IMG/VR virus record: IMGVR_UViG_3300048028_000412
Direction: 5' to 3' (one strand)
Source of the DNA: an uncultured virus (IMG/VR IMGVR_UViG_3300048028_000412)
Taxonomy: Duplodnaviria > Heunggongvirae > Uroviricota > Caudoviricetes
DNA length: 64,000 nucleotides
The translations under genes were made by a program, and so were the position numbers. The notes beneath the pieces are model-generated. The model ran no database searches and was not told the origin of the DNA. It saw only the letters and a list, made by a program, of their open reading frames with translations. This document shows, piece after piece, positions 1 through 10,194 of the stretch (positions are counted from its first letter, which is position 1; the number at the start of each line of letters is the position of its first letter).

Positions 1-93
1 AGCTCCAGCTGATATAGCTCCAGATATGTCTAAAACATCATTAGCAACAGCTTGACCTATTCTACGTGCTATCTTTCTATTTCTAGATACCAT
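1..93 (-). CDS. 5' end of a further fibre/adhesin gene (runs off window edge)
   Basis: Manual translation MVSRNRKIARRIGQAVANDVLDISGAISAGA from ATG at 91-93; N-terminus resembles MSNNRKLGELANVLD and MTANAKNLSKLANVLD of other adhesins. Confidence 0.7.
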   Translation of the reverse strand, partial: MVSRNRKIARRIGQAVANDVLDISGAISAGA

Positions 94-97
94 TCTA

Positions 98-2650
98 TTA
101 ACCTTCTAATGAAGCTGTTGGTGGTGTAAAGTTTGCGGTGTAGCGAGCTAGGCCTTTAGTGACTCTCAAATCTTGGATATACCCGTGATGTAAATAAGAA
201 GTACTATAGTAACCACCAATAACCATATATGTGCTAGTATAATCATGCGAATCTGATATAGAAATTTCTTCTGTGCCGTCGATATATAGTTTTGTGGTGC
301 CGCTGTTTCTAACCACGGCGGTATGATACCAAGTATTAGTTGATAATGAAAAACTAGGGCCATTTATTCCAGCAGATCCACCACCCGCATAAATTTGCCA
401 AAGACCTGTTTGAAAACCTAATGCTAATGTTTGACCATAATTTGTTGACTGTAATCCACCCGCAGTTGATGATATTTGCCAAATTCCTTTGTGGTTTGCG
501 ATAGACTTATTTACCCAGCATTCTACCGTAAAATTACCAGTTCCCATTCTTAATAAATCACTACTCAGTGTGCTCAAATAATCACCAGTGCCATCAAAAG
601 CCATTGACTTAGTATTGCTAAACTTAACCTGAGTAGTTGAGCCAGTAGTATTGCCAACCAGCTTTAAGTTAGCACTTTGGGATTTATCTATGATCGAAGC
701 GTCTGTACCTTTGAGGTGTAACTCTGCACCAGTTGAAGATAGAGGTGCAGTTGGTGGGGTAAACTCTGCTGTATATCGTGCGCTTTTAGAAACTCTAAAA
801 TCAGAGATATAACCATTAAATTGTGACCCTGTTGCGGAAGGCCAGGCACTTGCAATAGCCCAATCATTTGAACTGGTGTTCATACTTCCTGATTGAGATG
901 TATTGCCCACATCTTTTCCGTTTGAATAAACCGTAAAAGCATTACCGTTTCGGACAAAAGCGATATGGTTCCAAGCGTTTCGCTTAAATGTGCCTTGGGC
1001 AGGGTTAATACCATATTTCGTTGAGCCAACCCTAAACTCAACTTGTACCCAAGCATTTGCGCCATTGAATTCTTTTAACTCTGCGATAACTGTACAATTA
1101 TCACCTAATCCAGAAGTGCTAGAATCTCCCCAAAGCATCCCATCCCTGTCTGCGTAAAACCAACACTCAATGGTAAAATTACTGCTTCCATAAGTTTTCC
1201 AAGATCCGTTTGGAACAGTCAAATAATCGTCAGAAGTATCAAAATACACAGACCCACCGTTATCGGCTGCATCGTATTCTTCGTAGTCTAACGGGCCATA
1301 TGCTTTAATTTGTGGCGGGCCATAGTAGTTATTTATTTGAGGTGCATTTCCAGAGTAGTCAGAAAAATTAGGGCCATTTAAAAGCAATTTAGTATTTGTT
1401 ACAGATGTTAGTGCTTCTGTTGGACCTCCTAATGAAGGTACTATCGCAGTGCCGTTGACTACCCTAAGATTAGATATATCGCCAGGAAAATCTTGGCCTC
1501 CTATGCCACCAACTCCAGTATTACTATTTGAATTTAATATCCCTACAGTTGAAGGAACGCTTAAAGACTGGCCTAAAGTTCCGTTGTGATACAGTTTTAA
1601 CTTGTTATCAGAAGTATCTCTTAACAAACATATGTGTGACCAAGTATCTGCTGTAAAAACATTATCTATTCTTAACTCATAATTTAGTCCATCATCTCCA
1701 CGATAGTCGGCTCGTAAATTTGCAGCTTGTATATATAACTTACCCTTGCCGTTCCCAGAGCCGCTAAAACGATTGTGATAAATCTGGCCTTCACTGCCTG
1801 ATACAGTAGTAGGTCGTACCCAAGCTTCAATAGTAAATGCATTTGTCCCCATATTAAAATTAGAAGTGGATCCTTCAGCGTATTTTAAATAGCTGGAATT
1901 AAAATACATTGAATAACCGCCACTTCGATAGGGGCTAAAAGTACCAGCATGGGCATCGCCATTTACTGTAACGTTTTGCGAATTTCCCGACCCATCAATG
2001 TAAGTGATGTTATTGTTGTCTGACGTACCCGTAGCGGTCGCTAATAAGGTAGTATATTTACTATTAGTAATTGTTGTAATAAAATTTAATGTAAAGCTAT
2101 TAGCGCTTGTAGCTGTATTAATACCGTCGCTAGCTGTGAATGTTAGACTAAATGTGCCAGCATAAGCTTCAGTTGTAGAAGGAGTAACAGTGAATACATT
2201 ATCGCTCTGAGCAACAGTAGCGGTTGTGCCACCTCCATTAGTTAAGCTTCCAGCCGTTACGCTATATCCATATGTTAATGGCACGTCTTCAGGGTCATTT
2301 GCTGTAATTGTAATTACAGTAGCAGTTCCATCTGTTGTTAAAGTAAACGGAGTTGTTCCTGCTGAAGCATCTTGTACAGAAGTAATATTAGGGTTAGTAT
2401 TTACTAATGATATAGAATACCAACCAGAACCATTATTAATATAAAATCTGTTTGTACCAGTAACATAAGCCATAGCACCGGCATCATTACCTGACAGCGG
2501 TAAAAGCTCAGCGGAATCATAAACAGAAGCTCCAGCAGCTACATCTGCAAATACTATTCCTCCAGATCCAGTACTTTGAAGGAACTGCCCATTGCTGCCA
2601 CTATCTAGCACATTAGCTAGCTTGCTTAAATTCTTTGCATTCGCTGTCAT
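98..2650 (-). CDS. Virion adhesin with Ig/cadherin-like module and three LamG/concanavalin-A-like domains
   Basis: Repeated FTIE.W...W.H.A.VR.....LY.NG...GYI.DLRV motifs; paralogue of 23977-26493 and 28893-31514. Confidence 0.8.
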   Translation of the reverse strand: MTANAKNLSKLANVLDSGSNGQFLQSTGSGGIVFADVAAGASVYDSAELLPLSGNDAGAMAYVTGTNRFYINNGSGWYSISLVNTNPNITSVQDASAGTTPFTLTTDGTATVITITANDPEDVPLTYGYSVTAGSLTNGGGTTATVAQSDNVFTVTPSTTEAYAGTFSLTFTASDGINTATSANSFTLNFITTITNSKYTTLLATATGTSDNNNITYIDGSGNSQNVTVNGDAHAGTFSPYRSGGYSMYFNSSYLKYAEGSTSNFNMGTNAFTIEAWVRPTTVSGSEGQIYHNRFSGSGNGKGKLYIQAANLRADYRGDDGLNYELRIDNVFTADTWSHICLLRDTSDNKLKLYHNGTLGQSLSVPSTVGILNSNSNTGVGGIGGQDFPGDISNLRVVNGTAIVPSLGGPTEALTSVTNTKLLLNGPNFSDYSGNAPQINNYYGPPQIKAYGPLDYEEYDAADNGGSVYFDTSDDYLTVPNGSWKTYGSSNFTIECWFYADRDGMLWGDSSTSGLGDNCTVIAELKEFNGANAWVQVEFRVGSTKYGINPAQGTFKRNAWNHIAFVRNGNAFTVYSNGKDVGNTSQSGSMNTSSNDWAIASAWPSATGSQFNGYISDFRVSKSARYTAEFTPPTAPLSSTGAELHLKGTDASIIDKSQSANLKLVGNTTGSTTQVKFSNTKSMAFDGTGDYLSTLSSDLLRMGTGNFTVECWVNKSIANHKGIWQISSTAGGLQSTNYGQTLALGFQTGLWQIYAGGGSAGINGPSFSLSTNTWYHTAVVRNSGTTKLYIDGTEEISISDSHDYTSTYMVIGGYYSTSYLHHGYIQDLRVTKGLARYTANFTPPTASLEG

Positions 2651-2660
2651 GGTTTAGCCT

Positions 2661-5600
2661 TTATACTACTTTTACTTTAAAATTGGCAGATATAATAGAA
2701 GTAAATTCAACTGTACTTGTTCCAGCAAAATTTGCTCTATAATCAGTTTCAGGCACCGCTTGTCTATATTTAGATTCTGCATCATAATTTATAGTAACAC
2801 CATCTGATATCGGAGAAGTTCCAGATGCAGCATAAGGCGCAATCATCAAGTCAAGAGTATTAGCACTATCTTGACTAAAGTGATATCCGTCAGCTACTGC
2901 ATCCAACTGAGCTTTATTCATTCTGTTGAATGACTGAGCGCCAAGAGCTTCTTGGAGAGTCGCATGTTCATTATTATTTGTACCGTTTACCCAAGTTTCA
3001 GATGTGCTGTAATTTACCGCAGTGGTTGTATATTGATCGATAGTCCAGTCATTAGCCGCGGCAACAAATAGTTTTGATCCGTTATTATTAAAAACAATCT
3101 GTCTTGGATTAGTATTTTCTGATTGTGTACTTAATGACAGTGAAGCGTATGAAGCTGTTGATATATCATAGGCGGTTGATAAATTATATTGATATACGCC
3201 GTAACCAGTATCGTTATCTACAACAAATAGTTTAGTGCCATCACTGTTAAATGCTATACCAGCAGCACTAGTGCCGCTTTGCAAATTAAATACTGTTCCA
3301 GATCCCGCTGTGCTTACATCATATGCAGTTGAAAGAGAGTGTTCTGTAATAGTAGCATTTGTTCTTGCAAGATATATCTTTGTTCCATTGTTATTAAAAG
3401 TAAATCCATATAAGACTGATGAGCTACTTAATGATTTTGAATCGTAGCTTGCAGTACTTACGTCATATGCACTACTTAGTGAATATTGAAAAACTTTATG
3501 GTTAGACGCGCCGCTCATGTATAGCTTAGTACCATCATTATTAAATTGAATACCACTTGGCGCGCCGTCTTGAGAACTAAAACTAAAAGTTTTATTTTCA
3601 TAAGTTGGGTTGCTTATATCATAAGCACTTGATAAACTATATTGCCATATCGCTGCAGACGCAACATATAACTTTGTACCATCACTGTTAAATGCTATAC
3701 CTCTGGGGTCTAGTGTTTGAGAAGTAGGTGAAAAATAAACATTTGCATACGATGCGCTAGCTATATCATAACCTACCGCACTTCCGCCATTATTGTTATA
3801 CTGCCAAGTACCGCTATTATTCTTTGCAATCTTTCTAACACCATCAGAGCCTTTAGCTACATCCCAGCTTGTCCTATTATCGGTTGAAACTGCATAAAAG
3901 ATGTCTCCATTGTTTTTGGTTTCGTCTGCTGTCATGGAGTTGATATCTAACCAGCTTGATGAATTGATTTGACCAGAAGAAGAATTAGTAAGAGCTGGAG
4001 AGTAGGTAGAGTATGGATGAACTGCTGAAGTTCCGCCCGTAATTTCATATATCGGGTTAGCACCACCATTATTATTATATATAACCCACATTCTTTTCCC
4101 GTCACTAGACATTGATAAACCGCCATAAGTAATATTATTGCTGCTATTACCAGTAAGAGTTGACAAACTCATTGCCCCTGATGTTTTCGTTAAACTATTA
4201 CCAGAATTGCCTACACTAAATGCGCTAGGTAATGAATATACTTCAATACCACCATCGCCTAGACCGCTACCGTGCATCATAAGTTTAAGACCATCTGGCG
4301 ATATTGCTATTGCCTCTGGATCTGAATTTCCATCGAAGTTTGCAAAAGATGTATATGACATAGTAGACATATCCCATCCAGTCGAAAGTGCAAATTCAAC
4401 AATTGAGTGGTATGGATTATTATCCCACATTATTGTTATCATTTTTGTTCCATCAGAATTAAATTGAAAACTGAAGGGATTAAAATTCGTTGTAGACGGA
4501 ACTCCATCAGCACCACTAAAACTATTCCAGTTTCCGCCATTATTAAAATAATAATAGCCATCATAACTTTGCGTACTTGGAGACCAAGGTGTGCTCAGTG
4601 TAAATTGCTTTATTAAATCACTACCATGATCAGACACCCAAATTCTAGTACCGTCTGGTTTTACAACTATACCGAATTGATTGGAGTTAAGTTGAGCTGT
4701 AAAATTATCACTCGAAGCTTCAGTCATAGTAGATAAATCAAATGCTGTAGATAAATTAAATCTTAAAACTTTTCCGGCTTTTAAAACAAGCGCTATGGTT
4801 CCTTCACTATTAAAAACAACAGAACGAAGATTATCAAAAACGCTTGAGGTAGGTGAAACATTATTATTGTAAACCATTGAAGCGCCAGAACCACTTGCTC
4901 CTGTGGGAAATACGATATCTGATTGTGTTGAATAACCACTCAATTGAATACCACTACCATCAGCCTTACCTTGTGAAGATGTGAGTGTCCAAGAAGAAAT
5001 TGCAGAAGTATCTGCAAAAGCAGTAACTGACTGATATGCGCCAGAAGTTGCTGTAATAATAGCAGATCCAGAGTTACCGACAACTTTTTTACCTACGTCT
5101 GCAGTGTTAAACGCAAAAGCAGGTAAAGGTATGATATCTAAGTAGTTAGGGGCCCCCGCGCCATTGAATAAAATTATTGCAGATCCATTTTGTGTCCAAC
5201 TCACCTTAGAGTAATTTCCTGTTATGAGAACATAGTCATCTCCGGCGGCAGTAAGCCAGTTGTTCCCATCACCAAGTCCCCCTTGGTTTCCAGTAGTTAC
5301 AGTGCCTGTTTTCATAACCCATGCTGAAGGTAATTCTTTTGTAAGTGTTTTACCATTTGTATTATCTATTGCATAGAATTTTAAACCATCTTGTGATATT
5401 TTCCATCCTTTTTGATAAATATTTGCACTGGAAATTGAATAATATGGATTGTTCGCATCAAAACTTGTAGTTGTTCCAACCGGCAAATTTGCCATAGTTG
5501 TAATATCATACGAAGTATTTAAATCAAATACTCTAACTCTTGTTGAGTTGCCGCCACTAGTCCAGGCTTCAGTTGTTATGAGTTTAGTACCATCTCCTGA

Positions 5601-6401
5601 CCAATCAATGTATAGTGGATCTCTTTGTAAGTCAATCCTCCAGTTGGACTCTGTTCCAGAACCCATTGTAGATAAGTCGTATGCAGTAGATAAATCGAAC
5701 TGATAAAAATTACTACCATTGGCACAAACTATCTTAGTACCATTATTATTAAATAACATGGTAGAAATATTAGTCATTTCAGTTATTACTTTTACAGCAG
5801 CAGAACCAACAGCAGCTGCGGTATCTACGCGAAATGGAGTTGAAAGAGTCCATGCATAAATATGAGCTTCATCTGAATTACTACCTTCATAATTTCTAAC
5901 CATCCAGAATTTTGTGCCATCGTCACTTAATAGCGCACTACCCCAATAGTAATTATTAAGTGAAAATTGACCTCCACTAAATCCAGCGCCATATGTGGTA
6001 TATGTAGTTGCCGCAGTTGATGCCGGGATATGTCTATGCGAGATTGGATTACTACTAACGAATGTACCGTCACCTGTTGCGCTTGGTGTTAAATTAACAG
6101 AAGAATAAGAAATAGGTTTTTCATCATAAAAGTCATAGTTAGTTGCATTAGCATTAACGTCCCACTGACCTTTACTACTTATCCCAATTTGAGGCACCTC
6201 TTTATATGCTTGAAGAATAGGAACAGGAGTAGAAGCTTTTGATAGTGTTATATTAGTTGTTTGATTTGAATCCATAGAAGCTGTAAGAGATCCAATTGTT
6301 TCTCCACCAGCGCTTACTTCACTTGTAAATGCAATTGACCCATCATCTTCAATATTAATATTTCTAGCTAGTTTTGCAAGATTAAAATTCTTAGTTGCCA
6401 T
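2661..6401 (-). CDS. Large virion adhesin with three beta-propeller-type repeat blocks
   Basis: F..DGTKLY...QY.LS.AYD.STASY repeats; likely start MATKNF at 6401 after GAGG, overlapping the portal stop; paralogue of 16230-19769. Confidence 0.75.
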   Translation of the reverse strand: MATKNFNLAKLARNINIEDDGSIAFTSEVSAGGETIGSLTASMDSNQTTNITLSKASTPVPILQAYKEVPQIGISSKGQWDVNANATNYDFYDEKPISYSSVNLTPSATGDGTFVSSNPISHRHIPASTAATTYTTYGAGFSGGQFSLNNYYWGSALLSDDGTKFWMVRNYEGSNSDEAHIYAWTLSTPFRVDTAAAVGSAAVKVITEMTNISTMLFNNNGTKIVCANGSNFYQFDLSTAYDLSTMGSGTESNWRIDLQRDPLYIDWSGDGTKLITTEAWTSGGNSTRVRVFDLNTSYDITTMANLPVGTTTSFDANNPYYSISSANIYQKGWKISQDGLKFYAIDNTNGKTLTKELPSAWVMKTGTVTTGNQGGLGDGNNWLTAAGDDYVLITGNYSKVSWTQNGSAIILFNGAGAPNYLDIIPLPAFAFNTADVGKKVVGNSGSAIITATSGAYQSVTAFADTSAISSWTLTSSQGKADGSGIQLSGYSTQSDIVFPTGASGSGASMVYNNNVSPTSSVFDNLRSVVFNSEGTIALVLKAGKVLRFNLSTAFDLSTMTEASSDNFTAQLNSNQFGIVVKPDGTRIWVSDHGSDLIKQFTLSTPWSPSTQSYDGYYYFNNGGNWNSFSGADGVPSTTNFNPFSFQFNSDGTKMITIMWDNNPYHSIVEFALSTGWDMSTMSYTSFANFDGNSDPEAIAISPDGLKLMMHGSGLGDGGIEVYSLPSAFSVGNSGNSLTKTSGAMSLSTLTGNSSNNITYGGLSMSSDGKRMWVIYNNNGGANPIYEITGGTSAVHPYSTYSPALTNSSSGQINSSSWLDINSMTADETKNNGDIFYAVSTDNRTSWDVAKGSDGVRKIAKNNSGTWQYNNNGGSAVGYDIASASYANVYFSPTSQTLDPRGIAFNSDGTKLYVASAAIWQYSLSSAYDISNPTYENKTFSFSSQDGAPSGIQFNNDGTKLYMSGASNHKVFQYSLSSAYDVSTASYDSKSLSSSSVLYGFTFNNNGTKIYLARTNATITEHSLSTAYDVSTAGSGTVFNLQSGTSAAGIAFNSDGTKLFVVDNDTGYGVYQYNLSTAYDISTASYASLSLSTQSENTNPRQIVFNNNGSKLFVAAANDWTIDQYTTTAVNYSTSETWVNGTNNNEHATLQEALGAQSFNRMNKAQLDAVADGYHFSQDSANTLDLMIAPYAASGTSPISDGVTINYDAESKYRQAVPETDYRANFAGTSTVEFTSIISANFKVKVV

Positions 6402-7914
6402 CTGCATCCTCTTCATTATCATCTGGAATTTCACCTGATGACTTTTCTTGTGCTATCTGATCTTTCATCTCTTTCATCGCATCATCATCTAGTAAGAGAA
6501 CGTTTTTCATTACATATTCTTTAGAGAAGAATTCACCAACATACTGCTGCATTGTATCTAGAGTCTGTAATTTTTCTCTAAGTAACTCTGCATCTCTTAA
6601 TTCAGAGAAATGATTATCTCTAATATAATCAACTACAATGTCGTTCTTCCAATTATCCCAATCTTCTTCGGTAATGACACCTTTAAGCATTAACTGCTTC
6701 TTAAGAACGCCTAAGAATAAGCTTGAAAACTTATTACGCAATCTATCAATAAACTTCTGAAACTTAAGCTCATCTCTATTTATCTCAGAAGCTCTACCTA
6801 GTAATCCAGCTGCTTGATCTTGTTCTAGGCGAGAAACAGGAACATTAAGAGCTTTATACATCTTCTTCTGGAAGTATAAGATATCATCAATCTGGCCTAG
6901 ATTCTCACCACCTGGTAAAGTAGTAATCTCTGTGCCTCTACCACCTTCCCTGCGCGGCAACCAGAAGTCTTCGAGCATGGACATATGCTTTCGATCATCT
7001 CTGATCTTACCTGTATCAGCGTCGTACACAAGTTTATTACGATAGCGAGACATAATATCTTTCATATATGTTTCAGCTTTGCCTCTTGGCAAGTTGCCTA
7101 CATCAATATAAAAGATTCTACGTTCAGGTGCTCTAGCTAGTCTGTAAATAACTAACGAGTCTTCCATCATCCGCAATTGGTTAATCGGCTTTAAAGCTTT
7201 ATGAAGATGCGATACAATTCTCTTACGATCGATATCGAGCAAGCCAGAAGTAACATAAGACACAGCATCATTTGATAGCTTTACGCCTTGATTCGTTCCA
7301 CCAGCCTTTTCTTGGTAGATATAAAATTCATTTACGCTCTCTACTAATGAAGCGCCAGTAACTTCGTCTTTTTTCTTTTTTACTTCTTTTACCTTACGAA
7401 TCTTAGCAGCATCAATTGGTCTTATTTCTTGAATGCCTGCTTTAGGTTGAGATTCATTAATAACAAGGTGGTGATATACTCTACCATCAATATACCATCT
7501 TCTAAATATATCATGACCTAACTCTTTGAAGTTAAGCATAGAACAAACATCTTCAAACTCTGTAGTAATTACTTTCTTAAGTTGATCACTAAGACCCTCA
7601 ACATGATCTAAGATGAGAGTAACTGGTAGTTCATTCTCACCTGATACGATAGATTCGTTTACAATATCATCAATAGCAGCATCTACTTCAGGATGATAAG
7701 ATACAGCCCGGTATTGTCTAATATTCTGAATATTATCTTTTGCGTGTTCGCCGCCATCTACGTTGACATAAGTGCCATAATGCGAACCGGCTGCTGTAAC
7801 ATATCCAGCTCCGTCCTCATCTACAGGGGGAACAATAGAACGAAGTTTATCATCGGACTTATCTTTTGTCCGCTTAATTTCAAATCCAAAAAGTCTTATA
7901 CTATCATCAGCCAT
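6391..7914 (-). CDS. gp20: Portal vertex protein
   Basis: NQLRMMEDSLVIYRLARAPERRIFYIDVGNLP, EDFWLPRREGGRGTEITTLPGG. Confidence 0.98.
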   Translation of the reverse strand: MADDSIRLFGFEIKRTKDKSDDKLRSIVPPVDEDGAGYVTAAGSHYGTYVNVDGGEHAKDNIQNIRQYRAVSYHPEVDAAIDDIVNESIVSGENELPVTLILDHVEGLSDQLKKVITTEFEDVCSMLNFKELGHDIFRRWYIDGRVYHHLVINESQPKAGIQEIRPIDAAKIRKVKEVKKKKDEVTGASLVESVNEFYIYQEKAGGTNQGVKLSNDAVSYVTSGLLDIDRKRIVSHLHKALKPINQLRMMEDSLVIYRLARAPERRIFYIDVGNLPRGKAETYMKDIMSRYRNKLVYDADTGKIRDDRKHMSMLEDFWLPRREGGRGTEITTLPGGENLGQIDDILYFQKKMYKALNVPVSRLEQDQAAGLLGRASEINRDELKFQKFIDRLRNKFSSLFLGVLKKQLMLKGVITEEDWDNWKNDIVVDYIRDNHFSELRDAELLREKLQTLDTMQQYVGEFFSKEYVMKNVLLLDDDAMKEMKDQIAQEKSSGEIPDDNEEDADGN

Positions 7915-7934
7915 GTTCGTTCCTAAAATTAGTT

Positions 7935-7961
7935 ATAGAGGGGCCTTTAAAGCCCCTCTAT
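7935..7961 (-). terminator. Stem-loop after tail tube gene (terminator or 3' protective hairpin)
   Basis: ATAGAGGGGC / GCCCCTCTAT perfect 10-bp inverted repeat; U-tract weak. Confidence 0.55.
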
Positions 7962-7962
7962 C

Positions 7963-7970
7963 TATTTATA
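7963..7970 (-). promoter_or_regulatory. T4-type late promoter (gp55 sigma)
   Basis: TATAAATA upstream of portal. Confidence 0.8.
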
Positions 7971-7975
7971 GTGCT

Positions 7976-8503
7976 TTAAGAAGTAGTCGCTGCTTCCCAA
8001 TATTGCACTTGGAATTCAACTGTAAATCTTTCAATTTCATTCTCTGAAGCATAGCTCAGATCAATTGGAGATAACCCTGTAGGGAAACATCCTCTGAAAT
8101 TATAAGTTTTAGCGGTTGTGCCGTCTTTGTTAAGCTGTTCAACAATCAGGTCTGCCTCATAGTCAACAGGATTAGTAAGACCTGTATTTGCACTATGGGC
8201 ATTCATTCCGTTCATCCAACGTTCCATCGCATCGCGGACATTAAAATCTGTGTCGTTAATAATAGTTGGAGTCCACACATCAAATGTACGATCCCCAGCC
8301 ATTTTTAATTGACGACCACGGAAAGGAACAATAATTGTACCTACTGTTGATGCAGGCAACTGAGCTGCCTCACATAAGAACGATGTAAGTTCTACATCGC
8401 CGCCAGCATAACCTGGAAAGTTAATAGTGGCTTTAAAGAGATTAGGTCTCGCTCCACCACCACGTAACTTGGCTTTAAAATCATCTACGCCTAGTACTGC
8501 CAT
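7976..8503 (-). CDS. gp19: Tail tube protein
   Basis: GGARPNLF, FRGRQLKMAGDRTFDVW, IERFTVEFQVQYWE. Confidence 0.97.
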   Translation of the reverse strand: MAVLGVDDFKAKLRGGGARPNLFKATINFPGYAGGDVELTSFLCEAAQLPASTVGTIIVPFRGRQLKMAGDRTFDVWTPTIINDTDFNVRDAMERWMNGMNAHSANTGLTNPVDYEADLIVEQLNKDGTTAKTYNFRGCFPTGLSPIDLSYASENEIERFTVEFQVQYWEAATTS

Positions 8504-8514
8504 TTTTTATCTCC

Positions 8515-10113
8515 TTATACCTGCAATCCGGCTACTTCTTCGAAGTCGACACCGGTTCTAACAGCTACAAAGTTTAGTGTAATGTAGTTAATAGAGCGGG
8601 CAGGCTTAATGAAGATATTCGCAATGAATTCATTTCTATCTACCACAGTGGCAGTGTTGTTTGTTTCATCACACACAACTCTGAAATCTGTGATACCTCT
8701 TCTTCCTTTGACTTCTCTTAGGAATGGCTCTACAATGTTTACAAACTCGGCTCTTGTGAACTCATCATTGAATTCAAAGATCGTGTTTCTTGCCGCAAGT
8801 GCAATTGCGCGCTCAACAGTGTTAAACAATCTACGCACATTAATTCTGTCAAATGCAGAAGGCCGTGACATATTTGTTTTATCACCATATAGCAACACAC
8901 CTTGACCCGGAAGGTTTGCAATCGGATTAACATTTGCTTTGTATAGAGCATCTCTTTCAGCTTTCGAAGGGCTGTATGAAAGAGCAGTAATACCTAAATA
9001 AGCACCTCTACGTGACCCTGCTGGTGAGTACCATGGGCCGGCATCTCTATCAGAAGCTGCCATAATACCTGCAGTAGAAGATGCTGCTGGAATTTGGATA
9101 TATTTATCATTGTACTTGTCATACACTTTAAGATAATTATTATCGATAAACAGGTATGAAGTATCAGAGAAAGTAGCAGCAGTAGTTAGTGCATTAGCAT
9201 TAGGTGTAGATGAGTTAACAATATCTGCTCTTGCTGGAGATGTTACGACAACGCAATCTTTACGTAGTGTACCAGCTGTAGATACTAAATCATTTACTAC
9301 AGTAGTTTGATCTGATCTAGTGGCCATACCTGGCGCGATAAGAAAGTCTACTTCGATATTATCTTTATCTTCAAATAGATCAAATCCTAAAGCAACTTCT
9401 GCTGTACCTAATGCAGCGCTGTTAACACCGTTAGCTAAAGACAAATTGTCTGCTGAATCTGTTACGGTATTCATCCAGATATATTCTGAAGACCGGTTGA
9501 TAACATTTTTTATATAGTTAGTTGAACCATCATCATTCACGGCATTTGCATTTTCAGATACAAATGGGAATGTCTCTAGTACAGTATTTACCGATCCGGA
9601 GATATCTCCATCCTCATCAACAACTACTACATGCTGTTCATTAGCAGTCGGCGCAGCATCAAATTTAGCAGCATATGCCCAACCATCCCAGGTTAGCGGT
9701 CCAGCCACTGATACTTTTAATGAATTACCAAGGGCCCCAGCATATTTTGCAAAGACTTTACCAGTCCATGTGCCAGCTTCCCATGTATCATGATTTTTAA
9801 TCAGCGCGGCGGTGCCGCTTGCGTCGGTTGCATTCCTTGCAGCAGAGGTTACTGCCCTTACTACCTGCAAAGAGCTAGAATATTTTAGAAAATGTGCAGC
9901 AGAATGAAAATCTACTGAATGTGTATCGTCTGGGTTTCCAAACTGTTCAGCCAGCCCCGCTTCGTTAGATATAAGCGTGACGCTTTCAGCTGGTCCCCAG
10001 CGAAAGTTACCTACAACCGCGCCAGTAGTAGATTGAACATTAGGCACACCGCCTGTAAGATCAACCTCTTTGACTACGATTGCCGGCGACTCCGAGGGAG
10101 TAAATAATGCCAT
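8515..10113 (-). CDS. gp18: Contractile tail sheath protein
   Basis: F.WGP, PWYSPAG.RRG, SAFDRINVRRLF, FIKPARSINYITLNFVA. Confidence 0.98.
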   Translation of the reverse strand: MALFTPSESPAIVVKEVDLTGGVPNVQSTTGAVVGNFRWGPAESVTLISNEAGLAEQFGNPDDTHSVDFHSAAHFLKYSSSLQVVRAVTSAARNATDASGTAALIKNHDTWEAGTWTGKVFAKYAGALGNSLKVSVAGPLTWDGWAYAAKFDAAPTANEQHVVVVDEDGDISGSVNTVLETFPFVSENANAVNDDGSTNYIKNVINRSSEYIWMNTVTDSADNLSLANGVNSAALGTAEVALGFDLFEDKDNIEVDFLIAPGMATRSDQTTVVNDLVSTAGTLRKDCVVVTSPARADIVNSSTPNANALTTAATFSDTSYLFIDNNYLKVYDKYNDKYIQIPAASSTAGIMAASDRDAGPWYSPAGSRRGAYLGITALSYSPSKAERDALYKANVNPIANLPGQGVLLYGDKTNMSRPSAFDRINVRRLFNTVERAIALAARNTIFEFNDEFTRAEFVNIVEPFLREVKGRRGITDFRVVCDETNNTATVVDRNEFIANIFIKPARSINYITLNFVAVRTGVDFEEVAGLQV

Positions 10114-10175
10114 TGTTCGTTCCTTTTCCAGTAATCGAATTATAAGTTTTACATAATACGGAATTCAATTACTGT

Positions 10176-10183
10176 TATTTATA
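10176..10183 (-). promoter_or_regulatory. T4-type late promoter
   Basis: TATAAATA upstream of sheath gene. Confidence 0.8.
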
Positions 10184-10194
10184 ATTTATTTTAT

